Source: Acidobacteriota bacterium (GTDB lineage: Bacteria > Acidobacteriota > Terriglobia > Terriglobales > Acidobacteriaceae). Taken from it: DNA of 64,000 bases. This document shows, piece by piece, positions 1-10,566 of this stretch. A program made the translations under genes and the position numbers. Position 1 is the stretch's first letter. Each line of letters starts with the position of its first letter. The stretch is from contig JAKAYS010000001.1 of NCBI GenBank assembly GCA_021826695.1, positions 7,175 to 71,174 on the forward strand, written 5' to 3'. A model generated the notes under the pieces. The model made no database searches, had not been told where the DNA came from, and worked only from the letters and a program-made list of their open reading frames with translations.

Positions 1-44
1 TGCTTTATCGACATCACCGGTATGAGGGAACCCCCGAGGCTCTT

Positions 45-2513
45 TTGGAGCGGGCAGATGATCTCTCTTGGAACAACCAGTGGATGGAGGCGGCCCCGAT
101 TTACGCCAGCGCCGAGCGACTCTTCGCGAGAGAGAATCGACCATCGCGGGCGCTCTATGCCCATGTAAGCCAATTCATTCCCCGGGCCGAATCCGAAGAA
201 ATTCCTGTCTTGCTGCTCGATCTTCAACAGGACCTCGCATTGCCTGCGGCGCAGGATTCCGAGACCAGACTCCGCATTCTTGTGATCCAGGGAATGATTG
301 AGACGAACTACGACGCTGCGATGGCACGGAAGACATGGAGGCAGGTTCAGATCCTGGCGTGGCAACAGCATCACTATCTACTGATGACCCGTGCGATTGG
401 CGAGCAAGGAATCGCAGCATTCTTATTGGGAGATATCGCAACTGCGAAAAAGCTTGTCGTAAGAGCATGGATCGTCGCAAAGTATCTCCATGATCCGGCG
501 GCGCAAGTGCGTTACGCGAGTGTCTATGGAGCAGGATTGGTTGAGTTGCACCGATATGACGAGGCGGTTCACGTCCTGGATGGTGCGATCAATACGGCGG
601 CTCGGTCTCCGGGTATTGCCTACCCGAGCATCGCTGTCAATTCCAAGATCGATGCGCTGCGCGGTCTTCATCGCTATCAGGCAGCACTGGCATTGTCCGA
701 CGAAGTCATCCGCCGTCTGCCCAGGGGGAGCCTGGATGCGCACCTCTTCCAGCTGCTGACCTCGAAAGGTCAAATCTACGAGGACATGGGCCGCTGGCAG
801 GATGCCGCTGGACAATACACGCTCGCCCTCGACTATGCACAGCGATTGAGTTACTGGCGTGGAATCACGCAGACTGGCGGCTTGCGTGCCCGCGCCTATG
901 AGCATGAAAATCATCTCGATGAGGCGCTCATAAGCGTCGACGAGGCCATTGCGGCAAATACTCACTTGCCGCACGAACTCTATTTCGCCCCGCAAAACCT
1001 AGCGATCAAGGCGGAGATTCTTGAAAAGCTGGGCCGCACGCAGGAATCGCACGCACTCTACACAAAGAGCGCCATTCTCATCGATTCCTTTCTTGCAACC
1101 GCCCCAACACCCAATGTGGAGCGGGAACTGCTCACCGCATTGAGCCAGGTATATTCAGGAGATTTTGAGTTGCTCTCAAGGGAACGAAAATTCCCCCAGG
1201 CATTTGAAATCGTGGAAAAGGCGCGTGGACGAGTCGAGGCACAGTTCCTGGAGCATCATGAGACACGCGAGCCGCACCAACCTACCCTTCAGGAGCAGCG
1301 AATCGCGGCACTGAATCTAAGGCTCATCAATAGCGATGATTCCTCGGTGCGACGCCAGCTTGCGCAAGCCCTCTACGTTGCCGAGTTGCAGTTGGACGAT
1401 TCATCGCCCGCCGGACAGACCGTCGCACATCCTGTTCCGCTGAACACACTCCAACGGAGTCTTCGCCCGACCGAGTTGGTGATTGAGTATGTCCTCGATA
1501 CGCCTCACTCCTATGCTATGGCGATCACGCGTCATTCGGCCCATGTATACGAACTGCCATCGCAGCCGATGATCGAGGAGCAAGTGTCCGAGTATCGTCG
1601 TCTCCTTCGCAACCGACAGACGAATACCGTCCTGGCACAGTCACTTTTCCATGAATTGCTTTTCCCCATCCCTGAATACCGAAACAATTTTTCGATCATT
1701 GTCGTGCCGGATGGGGACCTACATTTGCTCCCCTTCTCCGCATTGATGGATCAAGGACGTTATACGATCCGGACGCACGCCTTCAGTACGGCTCCATCGG
1801 CGACGGTGTTCTACATTTTGCGGATTCGGAACCATGCAACGATCAGCAGGCAACGTTCTTATCTGGGTGTCGCCGCATGGGCACAGCCTGCGGAACAACC
1901 CAGAAGTCCGATCCTGCGAGTCATGGAAGGTCTGGAACGAGCACAGCTTCAACCTCTGCCGGAAAGCGGGACAGAGGTTGAGACGATCGCGCGCCTTCTA
2001 CCGGCGCCGATCACACTTCTGCTTGGCGCGAACGCCACCGAGACCAACTTCAAAAGCCTGCCTCTCGCCGAGTACCGTGTTGTGCACCTTGCCCTTCACG
2101 GGTATGCCGATCCCGAATATCCCGATCGTTCCGCGCTCGTTTTCGCACCGCAGGACAAGCCAACCGATGACGGCCTGCTTCAGGTGCGGGAGATCCGCAG
2201 GCTGCCCCTGAACGCGCGGCTCGTGACCCTGTCGGCTTGCGATACTGGAATCGGGCCCGTAGGAGAAGAGGGTGTTGCCAACCTCGCCAACGCTTTTATT
2301 GAGGCCGGCGCCGACACGGTTGTGTCGACGCTCTGGGAGCTTGAGGACCAGCCAACCACTCAACTGATGATAGAGTTCTACACCCGGCTGGCTCAACGCC
2401 GTAGCATAGGGCAGGCCTTGCGCGGGGCCCAGCTCCAGTTCCTGCAGGCTGGCTTGGCTCCGTATTATTGGGCGAGCTTTGAAATCGTCGGCAACCCGGA
2501 TGGCACAATCTGA
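45..2513 (+). CDS. TPR-repeat / CHAT-domain (caspase-like protease fold) protein; frame stays open back to base 3, so the true start may lie upstream of the window
   Basis: 822-aa ORF with TTG at 45. N-terminal two thirds is TPR-like helical repeats. C-terminus has CHAT hallmarks (VVHLALHGYADPEYPDRSALVF, LVTLSACDTG, YYWASFEIVG). Confidence 0.8.
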   Translation: MERADDLSWNNQWMEAAPIYASAERLFARENRPSRALYAHVSQFIPRAESEEIPVLLLDLQQDLALPAAQDSETRLRILVIQGMIETNYDAAMARKTWRQVQILAWQQHHYLLMTRAIGEQGIAAFLLGDIATAKKLVVRAWIVAKYLHDPAAQVRYASVYGAGLVELHRYDEAVHVLDGAINTAARSPGIAYPSIAVNSKIDALRGLHRYQAALALSDEVIRRLPRGSLDAHLFQLLTSKGQIYEDMGRWQDAAGQYTLALDYAQRLSYWRGITQTGGLRARAYEHENHLDEALISVDEAIAANTHLPHELYFAPQNLAIKAEILEKLGRTQESHALYTKSAILIDSFLATAPTPNVERELLTALSQVYSGDFELLSRERKFPQAFEIVEKARGRVEAQFLEHHETREPHQPTLQEQRIAALNLRLINSDDSSVRRQLAQALYVAELQLDDSSPAGQTVAHPVPLNTLQRSLRPTELVIEYVLDTPHSYAMAITRHSAHVYELPSQPMIEEQVSEYRRLLRNRQTNTVLAQSLFHELLFPIPEYRNNFSIIVVPDGDLHLLPFSALMDQGRYTIRTHAFSTAPSATVFYILRIRNHATISRQRSYLGVAAWAQPAEQPRSPILRVMEGLERAQLQPLPESGTEVETIARLLPAPITLLLGANATETNFKSLPLAEYRVVHLALHGYADPEYPDRSALVFAPQDKPTDDGLLQVREIRRLPLNARLVTLSACDTGIGPVGEEGVANLANAFIEAGADTVVSTLWELEDQPTTQLMIEFYTRLAQRRSIGQALRGAQLQFLQAGLAPYYWASFEIVGNPDGTI

Positions 2514-2515
2514 AC

Positions 2516-3838
2516 ATGCTGTCCGAGAAGCAAAGGGAGCACTCTCCGATGACTGTCCTGAATGAAAAGCAGCGGGCCGAGATTCTGGATGCAGTTTCGC
2601 GCACAGTCCTGAGGCGTTTCTACGATCCGCACCTCCGCGGTATCGATTGGAATGCAGTCGTTGCAAGCCACAAAAATGACATCGTGACTGCGTCGAGTAC
2701 GGAAGCCTTTGAAAGTGCAATCTCAAAACTGCTCAGTGAGCTCAAGACGTCTCACGTAGGCTTCTATCATCACGCCCTGGAGAGGGCCACGAGCAAAATG
2801 GCGATCAGCGCCACATATGCCTCCTTTCCGTTCGACGGAAGCGAACGCTGGATATTTCAGGATGTTCATTTTGGAGGGGCAGCACACCTGGCGGGTATTC
2901 GTTCAGGAGACATTCTCGTATCCGTGGATGGACGGAGTTTTGCCCCGCCGGAACACCCTGTCTTTCCCATGGGCCAGAAGGTAAAGCTGAAAGTGATCAC
3001 ATCCGGTCCCCAGGAGGAGTCCCGACTTCTCGATGTCCCGCCACCAACCCGGAAGCGCAATCAGCTTCCGTATGCCCAGCCGAAACTCGTTACCGGAAAG
3101 CGGCTCAGCGACGACACGGGCTATATCTGGATCTCGATGTATCCGGGAATGATAGGGATTGAGGTTGCGAAGGAAATTTCCTCCGCCGTGTCGGCCCTTA
3201 GCCCGATCGAACGATTGATCCTCGATTTGCGCGGCAATACCGGCGGTGGAATCGGTGTTCTCCGGGCCATGAGTCTTCTCACCCCTGAACGAGTTCCAGT
3301 TGGTTACTCCCTGAAGCGCGGACACCTTGAGACAGTGCCCAGAGTAGATCGATCCCTGGTATTTGACCGTATCCCCGCAAAGAAACGCGACTTGCTCCCC
3401 ATGGCGTTCAAGTTCCTCGTGTTTCCCTGGCTACTGAAATTCGCAGGACAGAAGAAATTCATCACGGTGGCAACCGAAGGGCTTGGCCATCAGCCATTTC
3501 ACGGCCGCATTGCGCTTTTGGTTAATCGCCACACTGCGAGTGCGAATGAGATGCTGGTAGCCTTCGCAAAAGAGAACCACCTGGCAACGATCGTCGGAGA
3601 ATCCACTCCGGGACGGCTACTCGCCGGCAACAAGTTCAAGCTGCCCTACGGTTACTGGCTTGCGCTGCCAGTGGGCGTTTATCGCACAGCGGCCGGCACA
3701 TTGCTCGAAGGAACGCCGATTGTTCCCGACATTGAGGTCTCATTCGATCCTGTGCAGGCGCGCGAAGGTAGGGACGCGCAGTTGGAGAAGGCCATCGAAA
3801 TAGTCTCTCAACTCAGAGCATTTCTCGATCAGAGATAA
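2516..3838 (+). CDS. S41-family (C-terminal processing / tail-specific-like) peptidase with PDZ-like segment; no obvious signal peptide
   Basis: PDZ-like GIRSGDILVSVDG; LDLRGNTGGG; LLVNRHTASANEMLV (Ser region). Starts 2 nt after the CHAT stop codon. Confidence 0.75.
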   Translation: MLSEKQREHSPMTVLNEKQRAEILDAVSRTVLRRFYDPHLRGIDWNAVVASHKNDIVTASSTEAFESAISKLLSELKTSHVGFYHHALERATSKMAISATYASFPFDGSERWIFQDVHFGGAAHLAGIRSGDILVSVDGRSFAPPEHPVFPMGQKVKLKVITSGPQEESRLLDVPPPTRKRNQLPYAQPKLVTGKRLSDDTGYIWISMYPGMIGIEVAKEISSAVSALSPIERLILDLRGNTGGGIGVLRAMSLLTPERVPVGYSLKRGHLETVPRVDRSLVFDRIPAKKRDLLPMAFKFLVFPWLLKFAGQKKFITVATEGLGHQPFHGRIALLVNRHTASANEMLVAFAKENHLATIVGESTPGRLLAGNKFKLPYGYWLALPVGVYRTAAGTLLEGTPIVPDIEVSFDPVQAREGRDAQLEKAIEIVSQLRAFLDQR

Positions 3839-3897
3839 ACCAGAAAAGCAGAGACGGAACCATGCTTGTGCGTTGGCTGGTGAGATCTCCGAGATCT

Positions 3898-5790
3898 CTA
3901 GCCGAAGAGGCGGGAGAGGCCCTGGTTGGTGGCCAGTGCCGCCAGGTAGGCAAGAACCGTCATGTAGATGAACTGGATCGCCGGCCATTTCCAGCTATTG
4001 GTTTCACGCCGGACGACGGCGAGCGTTGAGGTGCACTGCATGGCGAGCGCGAAGTAGACGACCAGGGCGATCGCGCCGCCGATGTGCATGTCGTGGCGGA
4101 GCGCCGTTTGCAGAGTCAGGTGCTGGGTGGCCGGGTCGGAACCATACAGCGTGCCCAATGTGCCCACGATGACCTCGCGCGCCAGCACCGAGGTGAGCAG
4201 GCCAATGCCAATCTTCCAGTTGAAGCCGAGCGGCCGGATGACCGGCTCGATGAGGAGTCCGACACGTCCGATGAAGCTCTGGGCCAGTGCCGGGAAGGCG
4301 CCGTCGTGGAAAGGCACGTGGCTGAGCAGCCAGAGCACGAGGGTAACGGCAAGGATGACTGTTCCAGCCTGGTGCAGGAAGACGCGCGCGCGGTCGACGA
4401 GGCGCAGCAAGAGCGACCGCAAGGTGGGCAGGCGGTACTGGGGCAGTTCCAGGATGAACGGCGTGGGCGAGGCGCGCAGCAAGGTGGACTTAAGTAAGCG
4501 CGCGGTGACCAGCGCGGCGACGAATCCCAGCACGTAGAGGCCGAGCATGACGCACGCGCGCAGGCCGAAGATGTCCCCTAGCACGGGCCGGTTCGGCACA
4601 AAGGCCGCGATGATGAGAATGTAGATGGGCAGCCGGGCCGAGCAGGTCATGAACGGCGTGACCAGGATGGTGGCCAGGCGGTCGCGCTTGTTCTCAATGG
4701 TGCGCGTGGCCATGATGGCCGGCACTGCGCAGGCATAGGCCGAGAGCAGCGGGATGAAAGCCTTGCCGTTGAGTCCGATGGTGCGCATGACGCGGTCGGC
4801 AATCAGCGCCGCGCGGGCCAGGTAGCCGGAATCCTCCAGCACGCCGATGAAGAGAAACAGCAGCAGTATCTGGGGCAGAAAGACGAGGACCGAAGAGACA
4901 CCCTTCCACACGCCCTCAATCAGCAGGGATTGAATCCAGCCGGCCGGCAGCCAGGCGCTGGCGTGTGCGCCCATTGCGTCGAGCAGCGTCTGGAAGCCGT
5001 CGCTCAGCGGCTGGCCGATAGAGAAGACGACCTGGAAGACCGTGATGACGACGACCAGAAAGAGCAGCGGCCCCCAGACACGGTGCAGCAGGATATTGTC
5101 CAGATTGCGGCTGACAGCCGAAGACAGCGGTGCGCGATAGTTGGTGCGCGTGCTGACGCCGCTGGCCCATTGGCGGTAGGAGGCGGCATTGCCCATGACG
5201 GGCAACTGAAGAGGCGGCTGTAGCTCGGATTTCTGGCCCAGGAAATGGCGAATGGCGTCAAGGCCGGTGCCGCGGGTGGCGCTGATCTTGGCGACCGGCG
5301 CGCCCAGTTCCCCGGCCAGGGCGAGCGAATCCACCTCGCCGCCGCGCGCTTCCATGAGGTCGGACATGTTCAGCAGAATGAGAGTGGGCAGTCCCAGCGC
5401 CAGCACCGGCGCAGCCAGCATGAGCTGACGGCTTAGATGGAGGGAATCCAGGACCAGCAGCACAGCGTCCGGCGCGGGCGTACCGGGCATTTCGCCGTGC
5501 AGCACATCGAGGGCGACGCGTGTGTCTTCTGAGTAGCTGCTGAGACTGTAAATGCCGGGAAGATCGATGACGGTGAGGTCGGAGCGGTCGATGCCGCTGA
5601 GGCGGCCAATGCGCTGTTCGACAGTGACGCCGGGATAGTTGGCGACTTTCTGCCGCAGGCCGGTCAAGCGATTAAAGAGGGTGGATTTGCCGGAGTTGGG
5701 CGGACCCACGAGCGCGACCGTGCGAATGGCGCCCGGAATGCGGGGTTCGATCGGCAGGTCGAGGGTCGGGGTTTCGCAGCAACTACTCAT
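3898..5790 (-). CDS. feoB: Ferrous iron transporter FeoB
   Basis: N-terminal G-domain (GPPNSGKSTLFNRLTG, DLPGIYSL) followed by a long polytopic membrane domain; 630 aa. Confidence 0.93.
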   Translation of the reverse strand: MSSCCETPTLDLPIEPRIPGAIRTVALVGPPNSGKSTLFNRLTGLRQKVANYPGVTVEQRIGRLSGIDRSDLTVIDLPGIYSLSSYSEDTRVALDVLHGEMPGTPAPDAVLLVLDSLHLSRQLMLAAPVLALGLPTLILLNMSDLMEARGGEVDSLALAGELGAPVAKISATRGTGLDAIRHFLGQKSELQPPLQLPVMGNAASYRQWASGVSTRTNYRAPLSSAVSRNLDNILLHRVWGPLLFLVVVITVFQVVFSIGQPLSDGFQTLLDAMGAHASAWLPAGWIQSLLIEGVWKGVSSVLVFLPQILLLFLFIGVLEDSGYLARAALIADRVMRTIGLNGKAFIPLLSAYACAVPAIMATRTIENKRDRLATILVTPFMTCSARLPIYILIIAAFVPNRPVLGDIFGLRACVMLGLYVLGFVAALVTARLLKSTLLRASPTPFILELPQYRLPTLRSLLLRLVDRARVFLHQAGTVILAVTLVLWLLSHVPFHDGAFPALAQSFIGRVGLLIEPVIRPLGFNWKIGIGLLTSVLAREVIVGTLGTLYGSDPATQHLTLQTALRHDMHIGGAIALVVYFALAMQCTSTLAVVRRETNSWKWPAIQFIYMTVLAYLAALATNQGLSRLFG

Positions 5791-5837
5791 GGTTTACCTT
5801 TGTGTCCGGCTGCTGGACGGTGCCGCAGCAGAAAATC

Positions 5838-6155
5838 CTAGCTTCCTTCCTGTTCGTCATCGCCCGGAATGATCCAGACGTGAATGGAGCGCGCGGTCTC
5901 TTGGCGGAGAGCGATTTCCATTCCATCAATGGCATAAACGGTGGGATCGCCGGCCGGCGCCCGGCGCAGCGCCAGTACGCGGGCATCCGGCACAAATCCC
6001 ATATGCATGAGGTGGTGCTGCACTTCCTCAGGCAAATCCAGGCCTTCGACGATTCCGTGTTTCCCGATGCCTAATTCACTCAATGCGATCACGTTCAGCG
6101 ACCAGCTTTCAGGGGTGGGATGAGGCCCCAAGTGGGGCTTGCCAGCCTGGAGCAT
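5838..6155 (-). CDS. feoA: FeoA-family small protein
   Basis: Small SH3-like FeoA pattern (GKHGIVEGL...LMHMGFVPDARVLALRRAPAGDPTVYAIDGMEIALR), directly upstream of feoB on the same strand. Start codon uncertain. Confidence 0.8.
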   Translation of the reverse strand: MLQAGKPHLGPHPTPESWSLNVIALSELGIGKHGIVEGLDLPEEVQHHLMHMGFVPDARVLALRRAPAGDPTVYAIDGMEIALRQETARSIHVWIIPGDDEQEGS

Positions 6156-6201
6156 GATGGTATGATCTTCGGACCTACCCCAATATGCGACTGAATGAAT
6201 C

Positions 6202-8187
6202 CTATTTAAGATGAGTCGATAATCCAGTGATTTGCGTCACATGTGTGAAGTACTGGATGGACCGTGAGCGGCAATCCGATACCAGTGGCTCATCGAATCC
6301 GCGGCTCCGCCCGGTCAGCGCCTCTGCGCGCAACGCGGCATCGAAACAGAGAGACTTCACTTGGCGTATACCGCGCACCGAGTTGCAGAGAAACACGCCA
6401 TCCGCAGATTCCAGGTCTTGAACGGTAAGGACACATTCCTCCGCGGCCGCATTGGTATCGAGAAGATAACGACGGAAGACTCCAGGCAACACGCCGGAGC
6501 GAAGCGGTGGGGTGAAGAGTCTGCCTTCGCGCAGGATGAAGATATTGCTGATGGCTCCCTCTGTCACCTCTTCTCTTTCGTTCAGAAAGAGGATTTCATC
6601 GAACCCGTCGGCGTGGGCCTCGGCATAGAGCCGTTCGTATCGCTCACGGTGTGTCGTTTTGTGCCGAAGGAAGACATCCTCAGAGGAGGTGCGTTCCGAC
6701 GAGAGCCGGACATAGCCAGTCGACCTGTCAGGCGATTGCTTTGTGTCCGTGATCGTTATCTTGCCCGTGGAATCCAGCAGCAATCTCAATCGATACCGGT
6801 TGCCAAGCTGAAACTGGTTCGATTGCTCGATGATCTGCGAGGCGATCAATGTGCGATCGAAGGGAAATTCAAAATACGCCGCAGACGATTCCAGTCGATC
6901 CAAGTGCATGGAGAGATAGGTAAATTCTCCATCCCAGAGCATGGTCTCCAGGAGTTGAAACTTCGGCCGCTGACGGATGAGAAAGTTCGCCTTCAATACG
7001 CACTCTCGGTACTCGTCTTCCGATCGAGAGTCCGCCACAATTCCGCCGCCGACACCCATCCGGGCTTGCCCGTCCTTCAGGATGATCGTTCGAATTGCAA
7101 CGTTGAAGGAGGAGGATCGATCGGGAGAAATGAAACCAATGGCTCCCGTGTAAATGCCGCGAGGCCTCTGTTCCAGCTCGTGGATAATCTGCATCGTTCT
7201 AATTTTTGGAGCACCCGTGATGGAGCCGCTCGGAAACATACTCCTGAAGATGTCGTAATACCCAAGCCCCGGCTGAAGCGTACCCGATATCGTCGAGGTC
7301 ATCTGGAACAGGGTTCTGTACTTCTCGACGGAAAAGATATCCTCGACGATGACGCTTCCCATGGTGCAGATGCGGCCAAGGTCATTGCGGAGCAGATCCA
7401 CGATCATGACATGCTCGGCGCGATTCTTGTCGTCGCTTTGCAGTCGAGCGGCTGCCTCAATATCTTCCGCGGAATCGAGGCCGCGGGGCATCGTACCCTT
7501 CATGGGACGAGTGACGATTCTGCCATTGTCGATCCTGAAGAAAAGCTCAGGCGACAAGGAAAGGATGTGGTGATCGGCGACACGCAGGAAGGCGCTGTAG
7601 GCCACGGGCTGGTGGCGCGACAGGATGGCAAAGGCTTCAGCGGCGGAGACCGATATCTGCAGATCGACGCAATCCGTGAAGTTCACCTGATAAGTATCGC
7701 CAGCGAGAATATAGTCTTTGATCCGTCGAATCTTCTCGCAATACTCCTCCTCGGAGATCGCAAGGGCAACATTGTCGACAAGGCGATCAGGCAGATCTCC
7801 GGATTCGTCAACGGGGATCAGTGAAGCACCGCCTGCGACGCAACTCTTCTCGTGGTCATAGATGAGCGGGCTGCGATAAACACCGAACCATGCCAACGGT
7901 AGATCGGAAGGAGCGGGAGCTACACCTTCAAAGGACTCGAAGTGAAATCCGCATTCATAGCCGACGAACCCAGCGACATAGAGGCCGTGGGCGAGCGCTT
8001 CCTCAATCTGCCGGAAAAGCGCTGGTATTTCATTCAGCTTCCAAGCCGACAGCGTCTGGACTGGCTTGAGGAACAGAAAGCTCCGCCCGTTCGCAGAATC
8101 GAAGCGCGAGGTCTCAAGCAGGACCGAGTCCGGATTGCCGGCAACCATCGAATGCCATTGCCTTGGAAGTTGAGACCACTGAGTCAC
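6202..8187 (-). CDS. pabB: Aminodeoxychorismate synthase component I fused to aminodeoxychorismate lyase-like class IV aminotransferase domain
   Basis: Chorismate-binding motifs (DTYQVNFT, GSITGAPK, RGIYTGAIGF). C-terminal class IV aminotransferase-like region (EVTEGAISNIFI, GVLPGVFRRYLL). Confidence 0.85.
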   Translation of the reverse strand: MTQWSQLPRQWHSMVAGNPDSVLLETSRFDSANGRSFLFLKPVQTLSAWKLNEIPALFRQIEEALAHGLYVAGFVGYECGFHFESFEGVAPAPSDLPLAWFGVYRSPLIYDHEKSCVAGGASLIPVDESGDLPDRLVDNVALAISEEEYCEKIRRIKDYILAGDTYQVNFTDCVDLQISVSAAEAFAILSRHQPVAYSAFLRVADHHILSLSPELFFRIDNGRIVTRPMKGTMPRGLDSAEDIEAAARLQSDDKNRAEHVMIVDLLRNDLGRICTMGSVIVEDIFSVEKYRTLFQMTSTISGTLQPGLGYYDIFRSMFPSGSITGAPKIRTMQIIHELEQRPRGIYTGAIGFISPDRSSSFNVAIRTIILKDGQARMGVGGGIVADSRSEDEYRECVLKANFLIRQRPKFQLLETMLWDGEFTYLSMHLDRLESSAAYFEFPFDRTLIASQIIEQSNQFQLGNRYRLRLLLDSTGKITITDTKQSPDRSTGYVRLSSERTSSEDVFLRHKTTHRERYERLYAEAHADGFDEILFLNEREEVTEGAISNIFILREGRLFTPPLRSGVLPGVFRRYLLDTNAAAEECVLTVQDLESADGVFLCNSVRGIRQVKSLCFDAALRAEALTGRSRGFDEPLVSDCRSRSIQYFTHVTQITGLSTHLK

Positions 8188-8274
8188 ACCGCCTCCATCT
8201 CTCCCGTCTTACAACATCCGACAATTACAAATGCTTCCAATCGACAGTTTGTATCGCCAACGCGACCGCAGGAT

Positions 8275-10566
8275 CTAGGTTTGCGCTTCGATTGCGGTAC
8301 GCAAACCCGCTGCCGTTTCGACCATGTTCGTGAGTGCCAGTTCGACCTCCTTCCAGCCTCTGGTCTTCAGTCCGCAATCGGGATTGACCCAAAGCTGCTG
8401 CGGCGTAAGAACCTCCAGGGCCTTGTTCAACAGGTCTTTTATCTCTCCATCCTCTGGAATGCGCGGCGAGTGGATATCATAGACGCCGGGACCTATTCCG
8501 TTGGGGTAGCGGACGCGGTGGAAGGCGTCGAGCAGCTCCATCCGCGAACGGGAGCACTCGATCGAAATGACATCCGCATCCATCTCGACAATCGAGTCGA
8601 TAATGTCGTTGAACTCCGAATAGCACATGTGGGTATGAATCTGCGTGTTGTCCCGGACCCCGGACGAGGCGAGGCGAAACGCTTGGATGCTCCAATTCAG
8701 GTACTCCGGCCAGTCTGTACGCCGGAGCGGCAATCCCTCGCGAATCGCAGGCTCGTCGATCTGAATGACCTTAATGCCGGCGGCTTCGAGATCGGCAACC
8801 TCATCGCGAATCGCGAGAGCAATCTGCTGGCAAGTCTGCGAACGAGGCTGGTCATCACGCACAAAGGACCATTGCAGGATCGTCACTGGCCCTGTCAGCA
8901 TGCCCTTCACTGGTAACTTACTCAGAGACTGGGCATAGGTCGACCAGCGGACTGTCATGGGATGGGGGCGCGAGACATCACCGTAGATGATGGGCGGTTT
9001 CACACAGCGCGATCCATAGCTCTGCACCCAGCCATTCTCGCTGAAGACAAAACCGTGAAGCTGTTCTCCGAAATATTCGACCATGTCATTGCGTTCAAAC
9101 TCTCCATGCACAAGAACATCGATCCCAATCCTCTCCTGGAATCGAATGCAGCGCTCGGTTTCTTTTTCGACAAAGGTGTCATAGGCCTGCTGATCGATCT
9201 TTCCGTTGCGGAAGGCGGCCCGTGTTTTGCGAACTTCCGCCGTCTGCGGGAATGAGCCGATCGTTGTTGTTGGAAAGAGCGGGAGAGAGAGCTCCCTTGC
9301 CTGTTGCTCACGGCGAACTGGATACGGATTGCGCCTGCGCAACATTGTCCCGTCGATGGCTCGAACCCTGCGCTCCACCTCCTGCTCGTGAATTAGCGGG
9401 GAGGATTTTCGGGACGCGATGAGCAGTGCATTCTCATCGAGTTGATTTTGAATGACAACTCTGCCGTTGATTGCGTGCGCCAGGAGTGCGACTTCTGCAA
9501 GCTTCTGCTTCGCGAAGGCCATCCAACTACGAACGCTCGTGTCGAGCTTCCGTTCCGCATCAAGGTCAAACGGTGCATGGAGCAATGAACAGGAAGGTGC
9601 TACCTGAATCTGATCCACTCCCAGCACCATGGTGGCGGATTCGAGCAGGGCCACCGCCTTTCCGAGATCGGTTCGCCACACATTGCGCCCATCGACCAGC
9701 CCGAGCGAAAGGTAAAGTTCTCGCGGGGCCTTCGCCAGCAACGCAGTAAGCTGCTGTGGCGCCCGAACAAGATCAATGTGGACGCCGGCTGTCCCGAGGG
9801 AGAGGGCTAGATCCAGATTCGCTCCCAATTCGCCGAAATAGGTCGTGAGCATAAGCTTCGGTAATCCCGATCCTCTGTAGAGGGCTTCGTAGGCTTCACG
9901 AAATATCTCTTCCGCATCGTGGTCGAGATCAAGGCAAAGGCAAGGCTCGTCGATTTGAACCCACTCGGCACCTACGACTTGAAGACGTGAGAGCAATTCT
10001 TCATACAAAGGGAGGATTGCCTGGAGCACCTGGCCGCGGGCAACGCTTGCGTCGGTCGGCTTGCCGAGGAGAACGAAGGAAGCAGGTCCGAGCAAGACCG
10101 GCCTTGTCTCGATCCCGAGGGCCTTAGCTTCGAGGTAATCGGCAACAGCTTTCGTGGAGAGTAATTGATAGCGCATCCCCGGCTCGAACTCGGGAACTAC
10201 ATAGTGATAGTTCGTATCGAACCACTTGGTCATCTCCATCGCCTTCGCATTCTGCGCTCCCCGCGCCATGGCGAAGTACGTCTGGTGCGTCACCGGGCCT
10301 CCAGTGTGCATGAACCTTGCGGGGACAGCCCCAAGCGTAGCGGCCATGTCGAGCACATGGTCATAGAGAGAGAAATCGTTTGAAGGCGGGGTCTCAATGC
10401 CGGCATCTCGCTGTAGCCTCCAGTGGTTTGCGCGGAGACCTTGCGCAATGGTGAGGAGAGACGATTCCCCGGATTTTCCCGACCAGTAACTTTCCAGTGC
10501 GAACTTCAACTCACGCTGTCCACCCATACGGGGGAATCCAAGATTGCCTGCCTTCGCGAAACTCAT
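8275..10566 (-). CDS. metE: Cobalamin-independent methionine synthase
   Basis: 763 aa, typical MetE N-terminus (LGFPRMGGQRELKFALESYW) and C-terminal Zn-site region (HTHMCYSEF, NPDCGLKTR). Confidence 0.95.
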   Translation of the reverse strand: MSFAKAGNLGFPRMGGQRELKFALESYWSGKSGESSLLTIAQGLRANHWRLQRDAGIETPPSNDFSLYDHVLDMAATLGAVPARFMHTGGPVTHQTYFAMARGAQNAKAMEMTKWFDTNYHYVVPEFEPGMRYQLLSTKAVADYLEAKALGIETRPVLLGPASFVLLGKPTDASVARGQVLQAILPLYEELLSRLQVVGAEWVQIDEPCLCLDLDHDAEEIFREAYEALYRGSGLPKLMLTTYFGELGANLDLALSLGTAGVHIDLVRAPQQLTALLAKAPRELYLSLGLVDGRNVWRTDLGKAVALLESATMVLGVDQIQVAPSCSLLHAPFDLDAERKLDTSVRSWMAFAKQKLAEVALLAHAINGRVVIQNQLDENALLIASRKSSPLIHEQEVERRVRAIDGTMLRRRNPYPVRREQQARELSLPLFPTTTIGSFPQTAEVRKTRAAFRNGKIDQQAYDTFVEKETERCIRFQERIGIDVLVHGEFERNDMVEYFGEQLHGFVFSENGWVQSYGSRCVKPPIIYGDVSRPHPMTVRWSTYAQSLSKLPVKGMLTGPVTILQWSFVRDDQPRSQTCQQIALAIRDEVADLEAAGIKVIQIDEPAIREGLPLRRTDWPEYLNWSIQAFRLASSGVRDNTQIHTHMCYSEFNDIIDSIVEMDADVISIECSRSRMELLDAFHRVRYPNGIGPGVYDIHSPRIPEDGEIKDLLNKALEVLTPQQLWVNPDCGLKTRGWKEVELALTNMVETAAGLRTAIEAQT

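Noticed and set aside
6156-6240. Fur-box-like GATAATCCAGTGATTTGCG upstream of feoA.
   Set aside because: It is only a partial match to the GATAATGATAATCATTATC-type consensus. It also lies inside the pabB 3-prime coding end, so it is not convincing.
6361-7824. Long plus-strand ORF (487 aa) opposite pabB. Similar long antisense ORFs occur at 7942-8916, 12968-13903, 23432-24211, 24291-25094, 33061-33798, 41841-42542, 50372-51412 and 51135-52016.
   Set aside because: Each lies entirely antisense to a gene with strong family motifs. They have Arg/Ser/Pro-rich, motif-free translations typical of shadow ORFs in GC-rich DNA.
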